From assembly GCA_964270895.1 (NCBI GenBank), contig OZ185437.1: a stretch of DNA of 64,000 nt, one strand, 5' to 3'. Made by a program: the position numbers and the translations under genes. The notes beneath the pieces are model-generated. The model was not told the DNA's origin. It ran no database searches and saw only the letters and a program-made list of their open reading frames with translations. The DNA is from Podarcis filfolensis (Eukaryota). Of this stretch, positions 27,110 through 51,149 are shown piece by piece (position 1 is the stretch's first letter; every line of letters begins with the position of its first letter).

Positions 27110-30041
27110 TTTATTCAAACAAATATATAAGGAATGCACTGTCACAATATTATGTGTTTATGGCAACAAGCTTATTTGGCTGGCCATGGTGCATTTGCAT
27201 GACTTTGACCAAATTCTGCAAAGCAATTATGTAGTTGATTTGTGTTTTGTCATACTATGAAATAATTTTATAAAGCTACATCTGTATACTTCCCATTTTA
27301 TTTTTGTCTTTGACAAAGAGCTTTAAATGAGAGATCTGCTGGATCACCCAACAATCCTCACCACTTGAAATTTACTCTGGCAAATGGAGAGGCCATGTAC
27401 AACACACATTGCTTTTTATGGCCCCGAACAAGCTGGATTTTTTGGGGAGGAGAAAAAGATGGACAGACGAACAGAAACAGTTTAATAAATGATTTATTTT
27501 GGTTTTGTGATTAAGTAGTTTGCATTTTCTTCCAATGAAGACAACACACATATGCAGTACAGTAATGTCTATAACATTCCATTCTAGGTGCAACATACTT
27601 GCAGGTGTTCAATTTTAGGGAAAATCTGTATTAAGAGCTTGGAAGTCACAATTCACTGCCTTAAAAATCTATTTCACAGACAGGGGTGGTTAAAAAAAAC
27701 CAAAACCCTATGTATATACTCCAAAAAGCAGACAGAAGCTGTGAAAATCTATTAGTTTACCTAATTTGTACATAGTCAGGTTAATGTCACTACCAGAAAA
27801 ACAACAACTGTCACTGATCTAGCTATAGAAGGTAAGAGGGCTCACCCTCACAGTCTTAGCCAAGGTTTGGTAAGTTAGTGGTAAAGCTTGGGTCTAGAAA
27901 ATCAAATATGCCACTGCATGAAGATATTAGAAATGTCTTAAAGACCTGGTACACATCTATACCCCAACCAAGTAGAAAAATGCAGACTTCCTGAAGAGTA
28001 GCAGTGAGACCTGAATTTCCTAAAGTCATTGGAAAAGAACAATTGCTGGCAATGGGGCAAGACTAGTGACTAAAATTCCTCTCCCCACATTCCTTCAACA
28101 GACATGTAGCTGACAGTAATAAAATTTAAGGCACTTGAAAGATTCATAATGTTAACATCAGCACAGAATACATGACTGTTTAGTGGTGTTTTAAACAGCA
28201 CTTACTCTTGGCTCAGTAATAAAATTGGCTCAAATTTCAATTCTTGAACTGCAAGTTGCACTGTTAGTCTTGAAATCTTCTGCTACAAGTTTACAAGACG
28301 TAGCCATTCAAGAGCCAGTAAGGAAGCAACACTAACTAGAAATAATTTCTAAGTCTCACCACTAAGCATAAGCTTATTACAGCTTTAGAGTGCAAAGAGG
28401 CTTTTTTTAAACTGTCACCATTTAGAAGTGCATTTATTTATGCTTAAAGTTTAGAATATATTCAGATATTTTATCTAAATTTATGAAGCTAAAAGAGATG
28501 GGGAATTATGTTAAACAATGGACTATATAGCTTAAGGCCATTAAATACCACCTACTACAGATGTGTTGCTTGCTGAAAATTGGCTGATCAATTTACCATT
28601 TCATACACCTGAGCTGATTGTCTTTTAGGAGTGCAGTTGCCTGAAAGTTACAGTACTGTTTGCTAAGTATTATTATGAATAGACTTTCTATGCAACATTA
28701 TTGAAGTGAATACTATTAGCTACAAGGGTTAGAGAAGTTGAGCAATTAAAATGCAGTAAAATTTTGCAATAAGCCATAAACCCAGACTTATCAGCAGCTT
28801 AAAATCAAGCAAGCAATAGAGCTAATCCAAAAGCATCACTTAACGTTGCATTTCTAGCATTTAAACTATGCTTGCCATATAACCTGCAAAACAAGGATTA
28901 GCAGTCTATTTTGACAATTATCAAAAACTTACATAGCTCCAAGTGCTCGGGCTGCCTACTTCCACCATGACTATCTGTGTTTTATGAAACTAAGGAAGGA
29001 AACTGCATTGATATAAGAGCAAATATTCTCTCAAATCCATACAGAATTATGGTAGGTTTGTAATATCCACGAATTGCAATCACAAAAGGTGTCTACTGAA
29101 ACTACTGCTCTGAAATGTAAAGCATGTCAATAGAACTTTCCAAGGCAAGTGTTTTGAAGGCTAGAGACACATGGCTTTAGGAACAGTATATGGAGATTGC
29201 TTACACTGTTTTCTTTCCACATCTGTCTTCACAAAAACTTATATAAAGACAAGTATATATAAATAATGCCCAAGTTCATGCGTCTACTAGAATGAAATTG
29301 CTGCAAGTGGAATGACATTCACTGTACCTCAAATAAATAAAATGGCACAAACGTTTCAGTTTGCAGCCTACTCATTAAGGCACTGGTCTTTCTTCCTTAT
29401 GCACCAAGGAACTAGCATTCTTTGACTATCATTCTTCCTATGGCTGCTTACGCTTACATTAGAAAACAATTATCCTTCTGACACCAAGTATAGAAAAATA
29501 TGGGCTTCCATAATCCTTAAGGAAAAAAACATAGTTCTAGAAATTTGCCCCAATCTCCTAGCAGTACACTATAAAAAGCCAGTTTTCACACACATAGTGT
29601 TTTATGCCAAGTCACCAGGAATTCACATTTTAATAGTAATAATAATAATTATAATAATAATGTAGGGGGCACTGCATTTAAGGCTAACTTATCAATTGCA
29701 ATCATAAAGTTATCTATCAACACTGCTGCCAATGAATACAGTTACAATTAAAGTCTACATTTGGCATGTCAGATAAAAGAAACGGTTTCACAGCAGCAGC
29801 CACTAAAGAAATTTCAGACAGCCAATGAGGATTCATGCACAATATTGCAAGTATTCTTGCAGAGCAAAACATGATTCATACAACCTTCTTCCAAGCATGT
29901 TGCAGAAACATTTTCTTTTTTAAAAAAAGTCTTGAAGAATAAGAGTATTTTGAATTGCTGTCTTCTATAAGGAATAAAGATATTTTGGTGCAGCTAACCA
30001 CAAATGTTGACCTTGTAAAGTCCACTTAAAAGCAACGTATT
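27110..30041 (-). other. CD164: Probable CD164 3'UTR (up to about 2.9 kb)
   Basis: AT-rich stretch after the stop with no repeat I could recognise; minus-strand AATAAA hexamers at 27493-27498, 27297-27302 and 27110-27115. Which one is used cannot be read from sequence. Confidence 0.65.
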
Positions 30042-40328
<10,287 letters not shown>

Positions 40329-40455
40329 GGCGTCTCTCGGCGAGGTAAGCGAGGGGAAGCCCCACGAGGAAAGGAAGAAGAAACAACGACGGGAAAAGCG
40401 GCTCAGCCCTCAGCTCGCGCAACCCGCTCCGCTTCCCGGCCGATCGAAGTCTGCA

Positions 40456-40465
40456 GTCACGTGAC
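40456..40465. promoter_or_regulatory. CLEAR / palindromic E-box GTCACGTGAC, proximal copy
   Basis: Exact 10-bp CLEAR consensus about 130 bp upstream of the CD164 ATG. Confidence 0.7.
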
Positions 40466-40668
40466 GCGGCCGTTGGGCGGCCCGCGCGAGCCGTTTGACG
40501 CGTGGATTGAGGCAAGCGCCAGCGCGCGCGCGCTCTGTCTCTCTTTCTCTCTCTCAGCTCCCTGCGTAATAAGAGATGGTCTCGTCGACGCGTAAACCCC
40601 TTCAAGCAGCGCACACACCCCCTGCCTGCTGCAATGGAACGGCCCTCGAGGGAAAGAGCCGCTTCCTC

Positions 40669-40678
40669 GTCACGTGAC
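40669..40678. promoter_or_regulatory. CLEAR / palindromic E-box GTCACGTGAC, distal copy
   Basis: Second exact copy about 340 bp upstream of the CD164 ATG. Confidence 0.7.
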
Positions 40679-42854
40679 CGACACCTCGAATGGCGTGGAA
40701 AGATCGCGACGGAGCGGGCGTGGCTGCTTCGACGTCCGCTCGCTTGTCACTCGATGTCTCAATTCGTGCGAAAATTAGATCATGGGTTGCTTTGTAGACG
40801 CGGGTGTCGTTGAAAGATCAATATTGATCTTTGGCGCTGGGATCACTTAAATATCTTTGTGATAGGAGAAAAGCGATTAAGTCTCAATGTGAAATTATTA
40901 ACTGGCAGTTCTTGACCTTGGGCAGCGTCAGAAATACGCTTTGCGTTTAGCAAGCCGCAAAAACCAGACGCAAAAACTCAGTAGAATGAGCAGAAGCCGC
41001 GCTGCCCACCAAATGCAGGCGAGCTGCACAATATCACCTAAAAGCAGAGACGTTGAAGACAATGCATTAAGTCCTGAGCCTAAAATTATTTTTGTATTAG
41101 GTTACTTGCCCTTCGCTGCAAGGTCCCAGGGTGCGTCACAACAATGTAAAATATCTCGTTAAAAACAGACTAACAACCAAGGGTGAGGGATAATGACAGC
41201 CAGAGGACTTGAAGTCAATCTTTAACAGGAGAGCTGACTGGGCAGACTAAGAAACCAAGCAGCTTCTCTGGTGTTGCATATAGGTGCACGCTTTGTAATA
41301 CAGTACTGCAATGCTTATATGCAGAGGATATCGAGGCACAAGGCTTGGTCTGCTCCAGGTGGCCACACATGACGGCCAGGATCCTGTGCGACATTACCAA
41401 GAAGCCCTGGTCGCACCAATTGGACCATGCAGTTCATCTGCTTAGGGCAGCAAAGGATCTTAAATGAACTCTGTGTGACTGAAGCAAAACTTCAGTCCAG
41501 ATACAAGGCCAGGGACAACGGTGTACAGAAAGGCTGTGTATGCACTTAAAATTGTAAGAGGGTGATAGAAAGAATGTCGATTCCAGTTACAGCACCACTT
41601 TCCTGGCTGATTATTCTTTTTAGGTGGAAATTGACCTACAGAGCAGCTTGCAAATAGTGTTCCAGGAATACTGACATTCCTCAATGAGAGTATCAGTAAT
41701 AGCAGAGAAGTAAACAGCTTGTGCACAGCTCACTACTACTAATCTTCTGAAAGGTGCAAGTATGAAATTTGGGGTGCTTCTACACTCACTATTTTCAGGT
41801 GGGATTCAGTCACATACTGGAAAATTCAGATTGTGAAATAACTTAATAGGTCTTGTGCAATGAACCTACTTGATTTTCTCACAGAAAGGAAGGTTCTAAA
41901 TGTCCAGATAAATAAAATTGTCAGACAACATGGAGATGTGAAGTGACAAGGAGCATGCTGCACTTGTACCTCCTGTTCCTTCAAGGCTGCATTAAATAAA
42001 TGCAGCCTTCACCCACAGGACTGTTGTGATAAAACACTGGCAAATGAGAGAGGATTCTTGTCATTCTTTGTTAAATGGATCCCCATTACAAACACAGGAT
42101 GCACAGCCAAAGCAAGAGGAGAATGGCCAAGAACATTATAGCTTGCACCAGAAAAATATATGCAGTGAGCCTCTTATTAAGTATGCATCTGTTTCATTTC
42201 AGCTGACTGAAGAAAGACAGTACCAATTACTGTTTAACCATTTTTCTTAGGGATATCCATTTACTGAATAAAAGGACACACTGTCACTTCCTAGGAGAAT
42301 ATTTTATGAATCTTTCTGATAGCTACATAGCTTTAGCATCAAAAATTCCCTTAAAATGTCAACTGGAGTAAAAAAAAATAAAGTGCCTTTTCAACCTCTT
42401 TCAAAGTCTGTAGATGAGCCAGCTAAGACACTCTGGCTCCCAAAATTATGTCAGTGAAATAAAAATGAGAAACAGAGCGCAATTGATGTCTCTTTCTTAC
42501 CATGTTCTGACTGTATTTAAACTTTCTTGTGCCTTAAAGAAACAGGATGGGGTATACATAATTGTTATAAGTCCCAAATAGAGATCATGATAGAATAAAT
42601 GATCAACTGAAGTTATTAAGATTAAACTGTAGTGTAGTTAATTACTTTCAGAAACAAAAGCTTCCAGCCTCCTCACTGCAATGCCAGAGGAGAAGAGGGA
42701 TGGTGTGGGAATCTGAAGCTCAGACACATAACAGTAAACACTAGCCGGATCCCCTCAGTATAAGGAGCTGGCTGAAGAAGCCTTCCAAATCTCACACGAA
42801 ATATGTTTGTCTATATGATGCAGTCAACCAGTGGAAAAGTCATGCATTAGTATA

Positions 42855-42936
42855 TTAGAATTGTAGAATTGTAAGGGGCCCAGAGGGTCATCTAGTCCAA
42901 CCCCCTGCAATGCAGTAATCTCAACTAAAGCATCCA
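42855..42936 (-). mobile_element. CR1 LINE 3' terminus
   Basis: Reverse complement of ...ctgcattgcagggggttggactagatgaccctc...acaattcta, the same tail as the SINE at 55290. Confidence 0.65.
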
Positions 42937-44717
42937 TTATAAATTTAGCCAAACTGTGCAGAGTGCAGAGTAGTATGCAATTTTGTCCCGGCATTTTATT
43001 TTAAAAGAAAAGCAGTCACAGGAACCTGCAGTCATGAGTACAAAACCAGCAGGGCCATTAGGCAGGCCTGCTCCGTTCCCACTGAGCTGTTTTTCCTGGC
43101 CCAGTTGCTTGCTTCCTTATGAGGGAAAAGACACAGAGAGAAAACAGCTTGGGAGGTGAATTTTGACTGGGAAAATGTCAGTGGGAGAGAACACATTTTC
43201 CATAAAGTTTCCCGGTATGGTCCCTGGCTTGTCTTCAGTGCTTGCTGAGCTGAGAAAAAAAGCCTGCCTCCCAGGTAGACAATACCTAGCAAAATAGACC
43301 AATGGTCTGACTCAGTGTCATATCTCATAGCTTGATAGCTATCCACCCACCAAGAGTTAAATACGTTACTGAGCAGTGATAGTGCTAACCCCCCCCCCTT
43401 GGATATGAAGTGCCCTTCAGATATGGTGAGCCTAAGCTGCTGTGTGCTGGCATAATTTTTCTGGGCAGCGCAGTCTGTGGAAATCACTGTTTTCAGAATC
43501 TCAATTTATTCTTTCAGTATTCTACACTCCCTTATATCTCACTCATTTAGTATGGTTTCTCAGTCTCTCTGTTATCTTGACTTCTGTTTTATCAAATGAT
43601 ATCACGAGACCAACCTGATCAAGTGTTTTGCCACAGAATGCATAAAACCCGTACTCTTAACTGGGCTATAAATCAGGCAGTTAGCCTTCAGTAAACATAT
43701 GGCGAGCAGTTTCTTTTGTCAGCTATAACAGATCATAGGACTAACCACTGCAGATTCTTTCTTTAATCTATGTTCACCTTTATACATAGTGGCTCCCTCA
43801 TTCATTAGCCATATCACAGGTCAGATGTCACAATTCACCCAGTTTTACTATTTCAGTTGAATAATTACTATTGTCCTGTGTTTTTCCGAAGGGCTTAATT
43901 TAAATAAGGCAAAAAAAGGGGGTGGGGTGGGGAATAAGAAACAAACATTAAGAATGGCAACAGACCGCCTGAGCTACAATCACACTCTGGAAGGATCCGA
44001 GTTGCATTCAAAATTTGCAGCATTATGTTGCTCACTAGGCAAGCAGCCTATAACGGAATGGAACTGTTTCACCAGTTTTGTGTTGGTTTTGGTTACAAAA
44101 GTATTTTTTGTTTTGTTTTAAGTTGTTCTGACAAGGGTGGTCAAACGTTCAGCCCAGAACACTGAATTGTAAGGGGAAATGAAACCTATAAATTTAAGGT
44201 GGAAAAGCTAAACAGAATTTGCTGACCTTCTGATTGGCCAATAAATTGTTACTCCCCCCCAAAAAAATACATTTAAAGTGCATGGCTTACCCCAGTGAAT
44301 CCTGGGAACTGTAGTTTGTTGAGGGTACTAGGAATCGTAGCTCTTAGCTTTTGAGAAGAGTTTCACAAGCAGTGTATGGTCCAGAACTGGGAGGCTGTTG
44401 CTTAAAGAAAACAAGACTGGAGTCTTGATGCACATATGCAGCTCCCTGGGTGCACTTAAGAGAGCTCCCTGCATAGTGGTCACATTAATACATTACATTA
44501 GGTTCCCAAGATCCTGTAGTCTCAAGTATAAGGCTGTTTTGGCAATGAAACTATTTGGCATGGAAAAGGACACAACGTGTTTTTCTTTTCTTTTTCAAAG
44601 TGAAAAAAATGCTTTTATATTTAACCCCCTCAAAAAAATTAACAGAAGTAAATCCTATGTTCAGAAAACAACATTGTCATGCATTACAGTAAAACAAAAT
44701 ATATCTAACATCCATGG

Positions 44718-47700
44718 CTATGGCTGAAATACCCCACAGTTAACAATTTTACATTCTACAACTGGCCTCTCGTTGAATGTTTCCACTGCTTCCAGTTCCC
44801 GGAGAACTTCTGAGCCCTCGATCAGCTGTCTAAAGTAGAGGGGGAAAGCTAGGTAAGTACTAGGAAGCTATTCCAATTATTTTCAAGTCTAGTCACTGCT
44901 GTCATGCTGTACAAATATAGATATTGCATCCAGCCAATTAAGCAGTACTGCCTCCATATTTTAACTCAAACATTGCACTTGAGATATACTGCAGAGCTCT
45001 TAAACATACCCAAAAGCCACATATTTCTCATTCAAGTAGGGTGCTGGCTGTAGTGTGATGTAGAACTGAGATGCATTGCTGTGGCGTCCTTTGTTGGCCA
45101 TTCCCAGAACACCTCTCTTGTCATGGAGAACTGCAAAACTTTCATCTAGGAAACAGTTTATAAATGGTGGCAGTGTTCTTTCTACTCATTCACATCTTCC
45201 ATCTTCCTCACCCATTTGCCCCAGTGCACACTAAGCTATCAGCTGAACAACCTGAAATAGTTATGAACTTTTTAGGTGTAAAAGTTAGAGCTGCATAGTG
45301 TGCATAACCTGTCCCAACCAATATCCATGTTAGGTTTCTTCCCGCATCCCCATAATACGTACCAAGCCTTATTCTATTATGTTGCAAGTTTATCTGATTC
45401 CACACTCAGTGGCAACCAGTGTTGTAGAGTGGGGCAAGACAAATCACAACATGCGCTCAGAGAATGAGTGTGCCACTTTTAACAGCATTTCTGCATTGAC
45501 CATAAAAAATATTATTCAGTCTTTTGCTAAACACTTTCTCCAGGATTAAGTTTCACTCTGTTCAGCAGCATATCTACAAGTTCACTTAAATTTGCAGCTA
45601 TTCATTTCCTCACACTCATTCTAGTTTGGATTTTTCAGGCATACAGTTGCCAAAATGATAAATTGCCAGCAATCAAGATGCAACAGGCCTTTTTACACAT
45701 GAGCCTTAAGCTGCCTTTGAGTATCTTCTGCACACAAACATCTGATCATTGTGAGGAAGAGAAAGTGAGCACTTGTAATGCAAGCTGACATTCTTGTTAA
45801 TGTAGTTTTTGCATCTGCACTACACATCTGATGGAAGCAAAAGCCACTTTAAACCTCATGCAGAAAATCACTCAGTCAATTTAACTAATTTCCAGCAGGT
45901 ATTTGAAAAACATGCATTTTGTGCTTAATTGAATCCCATTGTCTATTACGCTTGTACATTTTGTATTCAGACAATATATTCAGCATAGATTATGCCTCCT
46001 AGTTGTTGTCACCAGGACATTTGAAGAACATGCTCCTACCTTCAAAAAAAGGTCCATAAATTGACTCGCCTCCAGTCCCTCTTCCTCCCCTTATGTCTGT
46101 ATATTAATTGAGAAAAACTAAGGTTATGAAATTACCTTTTCTGTATTAGAAAAAGAGCGTGAAACTTCCAAATGTCACCTTATTAAATATAATTTCATGA
46201 CACCATCTGATAGGAGTGGCAAACAGTATGATTAATGACTGCTTTCAGCAGAGATCTCTACACTCATGCAAGTTTGTGTTGAATTGACACTATTTTATGT
46301 TTGGTTCTATCTGCCCCAAAGGCTCCCATACAATGAAATCTGCACAACACCCTCAATATGATGACCTTCTCTTCCCACTTAATTCTCTTAAAATATTGTC
46401 AAATAGTTGGGTTTTTGGCTGAGAAATAGCAGCATGACAGGTAATCAATGCCTGGCCGTTGTTTTTCACACCCAAATCCTCTCATGCACACTGGCTCCAT
46501 TATCTTCAGTGGAAGGACCAAAACTGTGCATACAAAGGAGTGGGTTTACAAAGCAACTGGCTCAGTCCAAGTGAATGGGGAAGCCCACACTGGTAGGAGC
46601 CCTCCATTTATGGATCCCTGCTCATACTTGCAACAAATTGCCAGAGTGATTTGTTTGCAAGCCTTTGAGAGAGAGGGCTAAGGGGGGGGCGGGGAGAGAA
46701 AGGCTTTTTATCTTGTAATGAGAATGCATAAATCAGTCTTCCTCAACTTGTTACCCTCCAGGTGTTGTGACATCACCCCAGTCCCCATGGCAAATAGTTA
46801 AGGATGAAGGAGGATGTATCCCAATGACACCGGGAGAGCCACGGGATTGGGAAGATTGGTATCAATACTTGTATCATCTCAAAGCACTCTGATGAGTGCA
46901 AATGTAATTATACATGTCAAGTAAGACAGGAAAGTTGCATTGTGTCTTTATTGTATAAACAGGTTTCAATACCCACCTCCTCCTTGTATCCATCCATTTT
47001 TTACAAGTCGGTGAAAGATAGAATCACGGTAAGTGAGTGGAAGCCCAGACATAGACTTCTTTTTCTCCCCTGAACACAAATACTGGAAGTTTTTACATGT
47101 CCTAGGGCAGATATCAGAATAGAGCTGCACAGTGGAGATAGAAAGCATGTGTTAAGTTTCTACAAGCTCAGTCCCAGTGAAGGCCCTTTGTCATGTCAAT
47201 AGAGACCTCCCCCACAACTTTGGACAATTTTCCAAAGAGGGAATGCCTCTTATAAGATGGTACTTGTCAAGTTGCTAATGTATAAAAATAAGGAGGGGGG
47301 GAGGAAAGATAAAATATATTTTCAACTAATGAGGGGATATTTTCAGTATATCAAAATATTTTTAATTGATTAGTCTGTTGATTATCTACTAACCATTCCA
47401 GGCTTCAATGAATACAAACGTTCAGCAGTGCAGCATCATAAGGCTGTGCCTATTGCAACCATTTTGAGCAGCTATCCCACCCATCCAGCTCATTTTGGTT
47501 CATGCTCAGCAGCAGAAAGCATTAACTGTACAGCCATCTCCTTCTCCTCAATTGTATCTGTACCTATAGTTTGCAATAGGAATATGAATGCCTGCTAGGA
47601 TGCTACTTGCCTCTGCCCCTGCTATGCATTACACCTCCACATTTTCTTGACTCACTCAGCTTTTAGCAATCAATTGATTGGAATACCACAAAAACACACT

Positions 47701-50700
47701 GGACATTCAGAAAGAATTAATACATTTGAGATGCAATCCTAAACTCTAATGGGAGAGAAGTTCCTTACACTAGGTATTGGGCTGGCGCTATGTTGTACGA
47801 TAGCAGTAGAGTATAATAATATTCAGGAAATGGCACAACTGTGCTCCACTGAGGCACCCATGACTCTGCCCGGATGTGACCAATATTTTCTGGCAGCAGA
47901 GCTGCAGTGGCCAAATGCTCTACTTCATTGTTGTTGTTTAGTCGTTTAGTCGTGTCCGACTCTTTGTGACCCCATGGACCAGAGCACGCCAGGCACTCCT
48001 GTCTTCCACTGCCTCCCACAGTTTGGTCAAACTCATGTTGGTAGCTTCGAGAACACTGTCCAACCATCTCGTCCTCTGTTGTCCAAAAGCATCAATTCTT
48101 TGGCTATCAGCCTTCTTTATGGTCCAGCTCTCAGTGTACTTCAATGGTGGCCATTTATCCCACAATCTGCTGGTATAGCAGAGCTTCCATTGAACCCTAC
48201 AGCCTCTTGGGCATTGGATCCAGAATACAGAATTGTGCCTGTAACATTTTTACATTAACTTTTTACATTAACTTTACATTAACTACATTAACACATGCAT
48301 ATATGCTTCATTTGAATGAGTTGCAGCTCCTTGGAGTTGAATGTTGAGTCTTTTTAAAATACTATGCACTAGATCCAATGCCAAGGTCTGATTTTTCTTC
48401 AGCCACTTACCTCAAATAGCAATTTTCCTTTAGGCTCTGCCTGAATAGATATTTCAAAGTACACAAACACATGCTGCCAAAAAAGATAAAGAAAAAAGGC
48501 AAAACCACTTGTCAAAATAGAACACAGTGACTAATTGGATAAAGATTCTCTTTTGAACATTAGTCATGCTTCAGAAAGTAAAAGGTTGAATCCCATAAGC
48601 AAGAAGCCTCCCAATGTGTTCTGCATCTCTCAAGCTGCCACTTTCCAATTTCCTACTTGTGAGAAATCCTGTCATCAGCTAAGCTGCCAAAGAACTCCGG
48701 GTCAATGCAGAAGTTTCTATGTGTTTTAGGGTGCACATTCTTTTCTTAGGCCAGTGGCAAGTCCTTTTGGGCTTAAACTAAGGAAGCATAGTGTTAGGAG
48801 TCATTCTGCAAAGAAACAGAAAAAGATGACTGTAACTTTAAGAACTATTTCTGTGTGCTCTGGGTGTGGTTTTCTATGCTGATTAGGTACAGCTGGTGAT
48901 GAGTACAAAAGGAGGAGAAGTTGCAGTTTGAATTTGCCTGTAAAAGAGAATACCCACATGCTTTGTGTTTGTAAGGTTGTAAATAAAACTCTTGCTTGAG
49001 TATTTTACACCTGTCTCATGGTTATGCCACCTGCTGACCGGAAGATACAGCTCCAATACACAGAACATACCCAAAACTCCCCTGTGGTTGTGCAACTTGT
49101 GTGAGGAGGAGGGGAGAAGTTTCATCCATGAGCCAACTGGCTTTCAAGGAACTAGTCTGCCATCCATAGGATGGGCCCTTGTGGGCCTTCTCCACAAGCT
49201 CCAACACCATGTTGTTTTCTTCCAAAAATTGAAATGAGAATTTTGTTAGCAAAGAGCCCTCATGTTGAAGGACACAGCATTTTCTTGCCATAGCCAGTTA
49301 TGACCCACGAAGCAATCGTTTTATATACTCTACCTTTCTTCCAGGGACATCAAAGTGGTAACATAGGGTGCCCAGGAAAGAGTGTTTGGAGATGCAGGGA
49401 GTGTGTGTTTTGACTACATGCTGTTTTGGCTTCATGTACTATCCCAGGAACATAACCCCTGCATAAGTTGAGAGTTGACTGTATTGTAAGCAAGGAAAGT
49501 CATATACCATATGACCTGGTTCAGATATCACATTACAACACAGCAAACCATGATTTGGAGGATGAGGAATGTGTAGCAGACTGGCACTCTGTTTTCTATG
49601 CCAATTCCCCCTTCTATTTCCCGATTTCTTCTTACCTGTTTGCTGTGATGTCTGAATCAGGCAAATTATGGTTAGTACTAACCTCCAAACCATGACTTGA
49701 AGTGAGTTAGCAAACTATGATTTGGAAAATAGTGCTTAGCAAAGTCCACCTGATTTAGATATGACAGCAACTATGGTTAGTGAATTTAGAAATTTAAAAA
49801 GGTGCATGCATGTGGAAGTCCACAGAACATTTCTAATCCTCCGAAGGATTGTTCGAACTGAGACGATAATGCAAAAATAAATAAATAATGAAGTCACACA
49901 GGATCACAGCCAATCTAAAATATGGTGACCAGCAGTGAAACGCTCTAGCTGAAGACACATTTTGAAGGTACATTATTGTTCACAGACCTATTTCCTTTGG
50001 AAAACCAATAACCTACCTGCTTGTTTCTCATGTATTTAGTGAGGAAATCCTGTGTAATTGCTTCATAAAGTGCAACAGGCTTGAAGTCCTCATAATCCCA
50101 AACATCATAGGCCCACTGTAATAGCTGTTTTTCATCTCCAACAAGCTGGCCATCAATAAAGCACATCACGTTGGAAGGATATTCCCATGTTTCCCCTTTT
50201 AACTCCTGTGATGAAAATGGCAGTGTTTCAGAATCAGCAGGCATTTAATAGAAAAATTAAACATGAAGATTTTGCAAACAGGGAGAAAACCCACAGAATA
50301 ACAGTTCTATTGGAAGTACCATGCCTAAGTTCCCGAAGTCAGGTGTCATCACTTCCAGGAAGCAGAGTGCTGGTCTATGTCTTGGAACAGATGGTGTAAT
50401 CTGCACCTGGTTCAATGCGGTGCCCTTGATTAGTGTTTAACTTCTAAGTTCTTATACTAGGGAAGTACTGTACCATATTATTCAGTACCTCTTCCAATGT
50501 TCCTCACAATGCCTGGACAATTTGGACAGAATTTGGACCACTTCAACTTTGTCCTGTGAAGCAGCAAGGCAGAGCATCAATCCTGTCAGCAAAACTCCTT
50601 GGAATAAGGATGTGGCATTTCAAATATAAGGCTATGCAAGGATGGGGAGCTTGTGTCCCTCCAGATGTTGTTGGACTCCCATTAGCCCCAGCCAGCATGG

Positions 50701-51117
50701 CCAATGGTCAGAGAAAATGGGAGATGTAGCACAATGACATCTGAAGGGCCACAGGTTCCCCATTATTGGGCTAGACTAGTGTCCATCAGTGGGAAAGGCT
50801 ACAATCATATTGCTACTAGTCTGTGGGTGCCAGACTCCCCTGTGTTATGCATTTCAGATTCCCCTGTGTTATGAGTTTCTGAGTGCCAGACACGGAACCT
50901 ACTTGTTGTGTGCTCAAGCACCTATCTGTGCTTGGTATAATGCAGACTAAAGGCTCATTTTTCCTGAAAAGATGTTATGAGCAGAACCTGGAGAATAAAT
51001 AAATCATTCAGTCTGAAAGTTTCAGGAGAGTGTGTCTGCTGTAATACCAAAATCAAACCAATCCACTCTGTTTTGGAAATAAGAGAGGAAGAAGAAGAAG
51101 AAGAAGAAGAAGAAGAA

Positions 51118-51149
<32 letters not shown>

